Positions 11,534 through 18,694 of a stretch of DNA of 62,960 bases are shown here, one piece after another; positions within the stretch are counted from its first letter, which is position 1; every line of letters begins with the position of its first letter. The notes beneath the pieces were generated by a model. It saw only the letters and a program-made list of their open reading frames with translations, searched no databases and had not been told where the DNA came from. This DNA comes from Acidobacteriota bacterium. GTDB lineage: Bacteria > Acidobacteriota > UBA890 > WLXD01. Location of the stretch: the NCBI GenBank assembly GCA_036012155.1, contig DASCOT010000052.1, positions 1-62,960 of the forward strand. The letters are read 5' to 3'. A program made the translations under genes and the position numbers.

Positions 11534-12949
11534 ATGAGCCGCGCGTTCCTCATCGACCTGGCGTATATCGCGGCCGCGGTCCTGTTCGTATACGGCCTCA
11601 AGGGGCTGCAGCGCGCCGACTTGGCGAGGCGCGGTAATCAGATCTCGGCCATCGGCATGCTCCTCGCGGCGATCGCCACGGTGGCGTATGGCGGGCTCGA
11701 CTACCAGTGGATCGTGCTCGGCATCATCGCCGGCGCCGCTATTGGCGGTTTCGCCGCCCGCACAGTGACAATGACCGGCATGCCCGAGATGGTTGCACTG
11801 TTCAATGGCAGCGGCGGGCTCGCATCGTTGCTCGTCGGCTGGGCGGAATACCACCAAACGCAGAGCGCGGTCGCCACTGCCGACGCGCAATTCAGCGCAT
11901 TCACCCTGGGCTCCATCGCCATTGCGTCGTTGATCGGTGGTGTGACCTTTACCGGCAGCATCATCGCGTGGGGCAAGCTCGCCGGAAAGGTCCCCGGGCC
12001 TCCGATGCTGTTTCCCGGCCAGCAGGTCGTCAACGTTCTGCTGGTGCTCGGCGCTTTCGCCGCCTGCGTAGTGTTCGCGATGGTCGGCGAGACCAGCGCT
12101 TTGATGGAAGCGAAGTACGCAGCCTACCTGACCTTGGTCGGTATCAGCGTCGTGCTCGGCATCCTGAGCGTCATCTCGATCGGCGGCGGCGACATGCCGG
12201 TAGTCGTCGCCCTGCTCAACAGCTATTCGGGCCTGGCGGCGTGTGCGACTGGATTCATCATCGTCAACAAGGTGCTGATTGTGTCCGGGGCGTTGGTCGG
12301 GGCGAGCGGGCTGATTCTTGCCACGATCATGTGCAAGGCGATGAACCGTTCGCTGGCCAACGTACTGTTCTCCGGCTTCGGCTCGGCATCGACACGTTCT
12401 GCCAAGGGTGCTCAGGGCGAGGCCAAGGTGATCAATACCGGAGACGCTTTCCTGATCCTCGAGGCCTCGAGCAGCGTGGTGTTCGTGCCGGGGTACGGAA
12501 TGGCGGTGGCCCAAGCGCAACACGCGGTCCGCGAGCTGGCCGACATGCTGGAAGAAAACGGCTGCGAGGTACGGTACGCCATCCATCCGGTGGCTGGCCG
12601 CATGCCGGGCCACATGAACGTGCTGCTCGCCGAGGCGAGTGTGCCCTACGAGCAGCTTGTCGAGCCGGGGGACGTGAACCCGAAGATGGAAACCGTAGAC
12701 GTCTGCATGGTCATCGGTGCCAACGACGTGGTGAACCCGGCCGCCAGAGAGGACGAGGACAGCCCGATCTACGGGATGCCGATCATCGACGCCGATCGCG
12801 CCCGCACCACCTTCGTGCTCAAGCGCTCGCTGGGAGCCGGCTATGCGGGGATCGGCAACCCGCTGTTCTTCAAGGAGAACACCCGCATGCTGCTGGGCGA
12901 CGCCAAGACGTCGATCACCGCGCTGCTTGCTGAATTCAAGGTGGACTGA
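11534..12949 (+). CDS. pntB: NAD(P) transhydrogenase beta subunit
   Basis: MPEMVALFNG, IGGGDMPVV..LLNSYSG, PGYGMAVAQAQ, HPVAGRMPGHMNVLLAEA, GANDVVNP. Confidence 0.97.
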   Translation: MSRAFLIDLAYIAAAVLFVYGLKGLQRADLARRGNQISAIGMLLAAIATVAYGGLDYQWIVLGIIAGAAIGGFAARTVTMTGMPEMVALFNGSGGLASLLVGWAEYHQTQSAVATADAQFSAFTLGSIAIASLIGGVTFTGSIIAWGKLAGKVPGPPMLFPGQQVVNVLLVLGAFAACVVFAMVGETSALMEAKYAAYLTLVGISVVLGILSVISIGGGDMPVVVALLNSYSGLAACATGFIIVNKVLIVSGALVGASGLILATIMCKAMNRSLANVLFSGFGSASTRSAKGAQGEAKVINTGDAFLILEASSSVVFVPGYGMAVAQAQHAVRELADMLEENGCEVRYAIHPVAGRMPGHMNVLLAEASVPYEQLVEPGDVNPKMETVDVCMVIGANDVVNPAAREDEDSPIYGMPIIDADRARTTFVLKRSLGAGYAGIGNPLFFKENTRMLLGDAKTSITALLAEFKVD

Positions 12950-13115
12950 GCTCGCGGCTGGCGCGCCGCGTCTGCCTATTTCTGTCGCCTGCCGATCGTG
13001 ACCTGTCGCCGATCCGCGGTGTCAGGTCCGGACGTGACCGAATGCGGCGATGGCACGCCGCGCGTCAGGCTCGGCTAGACGCGTAGCAGTGCTCGACGCC
13101 TATCAAAACACAGTG

Positions 13116-13724
13116 TTAGCCAGTTGAATCTGCGGTTGTCGCGCCGCGTCGCGACCGTGAAGTCGAGCTCGTCCGATCACTGGACTCCTGCGATCCCGCC
13201 AGCCTCTCGAGGAGAGGATGGAAGTGCGACCAGTCCGGTGACCGAGTGCCGCGCTGCTTGCCGGCCATGTCTTCCCACCGCCGCAGCCGCACGCCTTCGC
13301 GGTGGTACGGATTGGCCTCGAACTCGCGGCGCTCCGCAGACGACATCGGTCCTCCCTGTTTCTCGAGCGTGTATCGCGACGCTTCCGAGAGCACGGCGGT
13401 GTATTCGGCATCGGTCGCACAGAGGTAACGCTTGGCCGCCACGTGAAGCCGCGCCGGCTCGCTGACGCTGGCAGGGAAATAGCGCGCCAAGTAGTCGCCC
13501 GACACGTCGCCATGGTCGTGCACGCCATAGGCGTCATCGGACTCTTCGAGCAGGTGCCCGATGTCATGCAGCAGGCACGCCACCACCAGGTGGTCTGACG
13601 CCCCGGCTCGCTCGGCGGCCTGAGCCGTCAACAGCGAATGCTCCAGGAGGGTGACGCCTTCGCCGTAGCATTCGTGTCCGAGCCGCGCATAGAGATCCGC
13701 TAGCTGTTCGGCAATCGTGCTCAC
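13116..13724 (-). CDS. tmpB: HD-domain diiron oxygenase, PhnZ/TmpB-like
   Basis: YGEGVTLLEHSL, LLHDIGH, HDHG, LHVAAKRYLC, LSEASRYTLEKQGGPM. The start overlaps the dioxygenase stop. Confidence 0.75.
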   Translation of the reverse strand: MSTIAEQLADLYARLGHECYGEGVTLLEHSLLTAQAAERAGASDHLVVACLLHDIGHLLEESDDAYGVHDHGDVSGDYLARYFPASVSEPARLHVAAKRYLCATDAEYTAVLSEASRYTLEKQGGPMSSAERREFEANPYHREGVRLRRWEDMAGKQRGTRSPDWSHFHPLLERLAGSQESSDRTSSTSRSRRGATTADSTG

Positions 13725-14851
13725 CCTCGACCCTCCAGAACTCGCAACGTGCTGTGCAGACCGTCCTTGTCAGCGTAGCAACCCTGCAGGTGCCGCCCGC
13801 TGCCGGTGAAGCCCGTTCGCGCATGCAGCACCCGCTGATTGTCGAGCAGCATCAGATCTCCCGGCCCCAGCTTGAACGACACCTGAGCCGACGGGTCCTC
13901 GAGCAAACGGCCGAAGTGTCTGTAGGCATCGTAGAAGCGGGGCAACACCTCGACGGGCATGTCGAGCGGTGCCGCCGAACGGCTGTTGTAACGCACCGCC
14001 AGGACCCGCCCGGAAGGGTCCGTCTGGATGAGCGGCGCTGCGCTGCGCAGATCGACAGACCCCGATTCGGTGTATCGAAACGCCACCGCGTGCTCGCGCA
14101 GGAGATCGAAGTGCGGGCGAGCGTCTTCCCGCAGGCACTCAGCGGCCGAAAACCCGTCCACCAGCACCGACAGGCCGCCCTCGACGTCGGAATCCGGGCA
14201 ATGCAGGAGCTGCAGGCCCGGTACGGGATCGCGGTACGGATTGTCGGTATGCGCCCCGACCGCCATCGAGGTGTCGGCAAGATTCGCGGCGTCGCGCTTG
14301 GTAAGCACATCGAAAAGCCGGCCGTAGTTGGTCTCGCGGACGAAGCCGAAGAGCTGCACCACTTCGAGCACGGTTGCGGGGACGGTCGGCACGTTGCGCA
14401 GCAGGGCGAAGCCGTAATCTCGCACCGTGCGCAACCACCCGGCGAGCTCGGTGGGGTCGCCGGCGACGCGGTCGTAGTCGATGAATTCGAGCTTCTCTTG
14501 GTGCTCGCCCGACCACAGGGTCGGCGGCACATCCCTCGCTTCACGGGCAGCCCGGTCCAGCCGGTGGCGCTCCAGCCAGGCGACTTCGAAGACGTCCTGG
14601 ATTTGCTCTGGGTCGAAGGTTACGGCGAGACCACCATCGGAGGTCAGCGCCGCGGAGCTCAAGGTAATGCGATCCGGCAGCTGGGCGATGTCGAACAAGC
14701 GCTGCCCCTCGCGCGTGTGACGCCCACTGGGAATGTTGTCGCGTAGCCAGATCGCGGGAAAACGGCTTTGCTGACCGTCAAGCCAGCGGACCGTGAGCCA
14801 CTCGTCGTCGTGGAAGACGTCCTCGACGAGCAGCCCGGCGTGTTCGGCCAC
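13721..14851 (-). CDS. tmpA: Fe(II)/2-oxoglutarate dioxygenase, gamma-butyrobetaine hydroxylase family, TmpA-like
   Basis: WLRDN...GQRL N-domain without Zn cysteines, RETNYG, HTDNPYRDPVPGLQLLHC, DNQRVLHAR, RHLQGCY. Adjacent to the HD oxygenase. Confidence 0.8.
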   Translation of the reverse strand: MAEHAGLLVEDVFHDDEWLTVRWLDGQQSRFPAIWLRDNIPSGRHTREGQRLFDIAQLPDRITLSSAALTSDGGLAVTFDPEQIQDVFEVAWLERHRLDRAAREARDVPPTLWSGEHQEKLEFIDYDRVAGDPTELAGWLRTVRDYGFALLRNVPTVPATVLEVVQLFGFVRETNYGRLFDVLTKRDAANLADTSMAVGAHTDNPYRDPVPGLQLLHCPDSDVEGGLSVLVDGFSAAECLREDARPHFDLLREHAVAFRYTESGSVDLRSAAPLIQTDPSGRVLAVRYNSRSAAPLDMPVEVLPRFYDAYRHFGRLLEDPSAQVSFKLGPGDLMLLDNQRVLHARTGFTGSGRHLQGCYADKDGLHSTLRVLEGRG

Positions 14852-14868
14852 CTCGGCTCCTTTGCCTA

Positions 14869-16449
14869 CTAGACGAGACGGCGCTCGATCTGCTTGCCAA
14901 GCTGCATGGTCACCATGACGGCGGGGATGGTGATCGATCCGTCACTACCGCCCATGTCTATCGGGCGCTTCTCAACGTTGTTGACCACGACCACGCCGCT
15001 CGCGCCGGCATCCTGAGCGCTCTTGACCTTTTCGACGAAAAGACAGTCCCCACGGTGGACCACGGCGATCTTACCCGCAATCTCCGCACCGTTGACCAAC
15101 GGGCCGCAGGCCAACGTCGGCGTTGCGGTGCCGTCGTCGGCAAGCGCCAGGTCTCCGGCCAAGCCGGCTTGGTCGAGCGCCGGACCGAAGAACGCCCGAC
15201 CAACGATGTGGGTTCCCGCAAGGTTGTCGGGAGCGATGATCTGAATCACGTGCGCACCGCGCAACAATGGCTTCGCATCACGCCGCGTCTTGTCGCCCGT
15301 GAAAGCGACCTCACCGTCGCGTACGAGGGACTTGAGCCGCGCCTTGTTGCCGGGCAGCTCGTCCCACGTCTGGTTCCGCCGGTTATCGAGGGTCATCGTC
15401 GCCAGGATGTCGGGAAGACCCCGAAAGAACGCTCCGGTGTTCAGATCCATCAGGTTGAGGAACCCCAACCCGTGGCCCATCTCGTGCAGGGCCACGGGCA
15501 AGAACGCCACGCGCTGCGGCGGGTGGTTGTTGTCCAGCCCGTAGTACCAGCCAGTACCCGGGCCCATGCATCCCTCGTCGATCGCGGCATTGAAGGTAAT
15601 CGCGATGTCGGGGTCGTCGGCCTCACTCAGGTCAGCACGGACGATCGATTCCGCCATCGGCCCCGGATACCAGACGCCTGGAATGCCGCCGCGGAACTCC
15701 GCGGCTACGAAGAGCGGAGTCACGTGCGCCAGCGTTGCTCCCGCTGGCGAACACGAGAGATCGTCGAACCTGGCAGCGACGGTGAGCTTCGACGCGCTGC
15801 CCAGGAGCCGTCCCCAGACACGCAGCATGAACCGCAGGGCCTTGCGCCGCGCCGGCCCCAAGACGGGATCCTTGAAGCCAGTGCCATCGTCGTCCGTGAA
15901 CTGAAACTTCGCGCGGAACTTCCCGGCACGCCACCCCATGTCGCGCAGCGCCTCGTCCGTGACGTCTACCTTGTTGAACGGCAGGTCGGGCGAGCTAAAC
16001 GGCTCCATGAGCAAGTCAGGGTTGGCGCTGGGGTCGAAGTGCGACCGGCTCGACCCGGGCTCCACCGGATTGGGCATGTACAGGAGCACACGGCCGGCGT
16101 CGTCGACCCCCGTCGGGATGTCCGGGTCGAACCGCATCGTGGCGCTGACCATGGCCCGCGCCACGCGCTCGTAGTCAACGCGCTCATCGAGCTCCGTCTC
16201 CGGCGCCACAACGCGATCGCCAGACTGGAGCAGAGCGGCAGCGACGTGTCGATCTCCCTGGATGCACTCGCGACGCAGCCTGCCGTCGGGCGCCGGGCGC
16301 AGGATCATCGTGTGATCCGCCTCGCCATCTAGAAATACGCCGGTCCCGCCACCCCGCAGAGCGAAGCTGCGCTGCTGCGAGTTGATTGGCGTGGCCAGCA
16401 CCGTGATGGCAGCTAGCGCAAAGCAACAGATCGCCGTAAGACGTCGCAT
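14869..16449 (-). CDS. Secreted PA-domain zinc metallopeptidase, apparently circularly permuted
   Basis: ATG 16449 after AGGGG, then signal peptide MRRLTAICCFALAAITVLA. HEMGHGLGF; C-terminal PA domain (GKIAVVHRGDCLFVEKVKSAQDAGA..ITIPAVMV). Confidence 0.85.
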   Translation of the reverse strand: MRRLTAICCFALAAITVLATPINSQQRSFALRGGGTGVFLDGEADHTMILRPAPDGRLRRECIQGDRHVAAALLQSGDRVVAPETELDERVDYERVARAMVSATMRFDPDIPTGVDDAGRVLLYMPNPVEPGSSRSHFDPSANPDLLMEPFSSPDLPFNKVDVTDEALRDMGWRAGKFRAKFQFTDDDGTGFKDPVLGPARRKALRFMLRVWGRLLGSASKLTVAARFDDLSCSPAGATLAHVTPLFVAAEFRGGIPGVWYPGPMAESIVRADLSEADDPDIAITFNAAIDEGCMGPGTGWYYGLDNNHPPQRVAFLPVALHEMGHGLGFLNLMDLNTGAFFRGLPDILATMTLDNRRNQTWDELPGNKARLKSLVRDGEVAFTGDKTRRDAKPLLRGAHVIQIIAPDNLAGTHIVGRAFFGPALDQAGLAGDLALADDGTATPTLACGPLVNGAEIAGKIAVVHRGDCLFVEKVKSAQDAGASGVVVVNNVEKRPIDMGGSDGSITIPAVMVTMQLGKQIERRLV

Positions 16450-16507
16450 GGTCCCCCTGGTTATGGAACTTTGTCCCGGTCGTTCTTTGCCAGCCCCGGG
16501 TGTCGCG

Positions 16508-16700
16508 TTAGCGTCGGACATCGACTCGGCGGTAGGCATCGATGACCGCCAGCTCCCCGGCCCGTCCGGGACGGGAATTGCCGTGTTCCATTCCCAGGAT
16601 CCCATCGAAGCCCTTGCCGTGTATGTGACGGAAGACGTTACGGTAATTGATCTCGCCGGTGGTGGGCTCGTCCCGCCCGGGATTATCGCCGATCTGAACG
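16508..16700 (-). pseudogene. 3' remnant of a hydroxypyruvate isomerase (Hyi/TIM-barrel) gene
   Basis: QIGDNPGRDEPTTGEINYRNVFRHIHGKGFDGILGMEHG..AVIDAY is the Hyi C-terminus. Upstream sequence is unrelated and leaves no room for the rest. Confidence 0.8.
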
Positions 16701-16867
16701 ACCCTTTGGTCTAGAATCAGGCTTCGCCACGGTCGTGCGGCGTTTGTTGTCGCACGCGTCGTGCCGCGGCCCACAGCTCAAGAGCCAATGGCGGAGACCC
16801 AGCGTTCACCCGTAGCCCTGCCTCCTCGGGGCCTTTGCGCCCGCGCTTCAGTCGGACCGGCGGCGGA

Positions 16868-18100
16868 ATGAAGCGCCGCGCTTTCCTCAAGCGGCTGGCC
16901 GGGACGGCGACGCTCGCATTTCCGCCCTTCTCGGTGGTCCGGCAGGCGCGACCGCGTGTCGGAGTGGTGGGCGGCGGAATCGTCGGGGTCTCGATCTCCC
17001 TCCACCTTGCGCGGGGCGGCGCCGACGTGGTGCTCTTCGAACGGCAGGGCGCGGCGGCGGGCGCCACCTCCAAGAGCTTCGCCTGGCTCAACGCCATGAG
17101 CGCCAACGTCGACTATCACGCGCTCCGGCGGCGCAGCCTATTGGCCTGGCGTGAGCTTGCTTCGCAGGTTGGCCTTCAAGTCAACTGGGGCGGGGTGTTC
17201 ATGTGGGAGCGTCGGGGCACCGCAACGGAGCAAGCGGTCGCTGAGTTGCGCGCCTTGCAGGCAGCCATTTCAACGGCCGACTATCCCCTGCGATCGCTGA
17301 CGCCGTCCGACTTCTCGACGATAGCGCCAGAGATATCGCCCGGCGACTTCGAGATCGCCATTCATTGCGGAGTCGACGGGCATATCGACCCGGTGGCAGT
17401 GACGAACAAGCTGCTGCAGGCCGCTGGCGGGCACGGCGTCGACATCACCATGCCTTGCGAGGTGACTGCCATACGCATGGAGAGCGGTCGCATACGCGCC
17501 GCGACAACCGCCGGCGACTACCACCTCGACCGGCTGGTCATTGCCGCCGGTGTCGATAGTGCCAGGCTGACATCCCTCGCCGGGTATCAGCCCCCACTCG
17601 ATCACGCTCCCGGTATTCTCGCCCACAGCAGATCGATGCAGTTTGCCTCTGCCGCCGTTCATTACGCGCCCGGGGTGCATTTCAAACAGTTCCCCGACGG
17701 TCGCATCGTCGGCGCTGACAGCGACCGCCCGCCCGACACGCCGGCCCACGAGCAGATCCTCCGACGGGCCGGAGGCTTCCCCGATCAAGCGATGCGCGAT
17801 GAACACGGCGAGCGAATCCTGGCGCGGATTGGCGACGTCATGCCGGATGCTCGGCACGCCGAGCTCGATCGACTGACGCTCGGGTTTCGTCCGATGCCGT
17901 CGGACGGCCTCCCGATCGTCGGCTATGTCCCCGGCTCCGCGCATGTCTATCTCGCCGTCATGCATAGCGGCGTAACGCTGGCACCGATCATGGGCCAACT
18001 GATCAGTCGCGAGGTGCTCAGCGACAACGGCACGGACTTGCTCGGTAGTTACCGCCCCGACCGATTCTCCGGTCGTGACGACGATCCGGGCAGACTGTAA
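16868..18100 (+). CDS. Tat-exported FAD-dependent oxidoreductase (DadA/glycine oxidase family)
   Basis: MKRRAFLK twin-arginine signal, VVGGGIVG, GATSKSFAWLN, GFRPMPSDGLPIVG, HSGVTLAP. Confidence 0.88.
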   Translation: MKRRAFLKRLAGTATLAFPPFSVVRQARPRVGVVGGGIVGVSISLHLARGGADVVLFERQGAAAGATSKSFAWLNAMSANVDYHALRRRSLLAWRELASQVGLQVNWGGVFMWERRGTATEQAVAELRALQAAISTADYPLRSLTPSDFSTIAPEISPGDFEIAIHCGVDGHIDPVAVTNKLLQAAGGHGVDITMPCEVTAIRMESGRIRAATTAGDYHLDRLVIAAGVDSARLTSLAGYQPPLDHAPGILAHSRSMQFASAAVHYAPGVHFKQFPDGRIVGADSDRPPDTPAHEQILRRAGGFPDQAMRDEHGERILARIGDVMPDARHAELDRLTLGFRPMPSDGLPIVGYVPGSAHVYLAVMHSGVTLAPIMGQLISREVLSDNGTDLLGSYRPDRFSGRDDDPGRL

Positions 18101-18132
18101 CCTGTACGGGAACCCGTCTCGAAGGCAGATCC

Positions 18133-18585
18133 GTGCGCTTGGTCGACCGGCCCGTTTGCATTTTCGTTGTTGGACTGATGCTCGCCGCGACGGCTGCGCC
18201 TCTGGCCGGCGAGCTGCTCGGCCACCCCTCGGACCACACCTGCAACGATCTAGTGTGCATGTGCCCGCCGGGGTGCAGAGAGCACCACCGGACTGGCGGC
18301 GCCGCGGCCCGCCAAGGAGAGGGCCCGAATCCGACGCCGCACCACGCGCAAGCCGGGGCCGAAGCAGCGGCGTATGGCGAGACTGGGGTCTTCTGCGCCG
18401 CTTATCGTGTTTGCTCGCTGCGACCCCTGGCGGCAATGCCAACGGTTGCTCGAGTACAGCATGCGCTGCTCCGTGCTTCGGTATCGCTGCCCGACATCGC
18501 CGTGTCGGGCCGGGTCGATCAGACAGATCCGAGGGCGGCCGCTCCAGTGCCCCGCCAACCGGTGAAACCTCCCCCACGCGTCTAG
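18133..18585 (+). CDS. Cys/His-rich small membrane/exported protein, DUF2946-like
   Basis: N-terminal hydrophobic helix, HTCNDLVCMCPPGCREHH, C-terminal PVKPPPRV. Directly upstream of a TonB-dependent receptor. Confidence 0.55.
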   Translation: MRLVDRPVCIFVVGLMLAATAAPLAGELLGHPSDHTCNDLVCMCPPGCREHHRTGGAAARQGEGPNPTPHHAQAGAEAAAYGETGVFCAAYRVCSLRPLAAMPTVARVQHALLRASVSLPDIAVSGRVDQTDPRAAAPVPRQPVKPPPRV

Positions 18586-18694
18586 CCCGCCGACCGAGTG
18601 GTGGGCTCCCCGTGGCAACGCGAGGGGCGAGGAACGGCAACCGCGACGCGCGTCCGGACTGTTGGGGCGCCGTCTCGATCAACCGGACTGGCAA

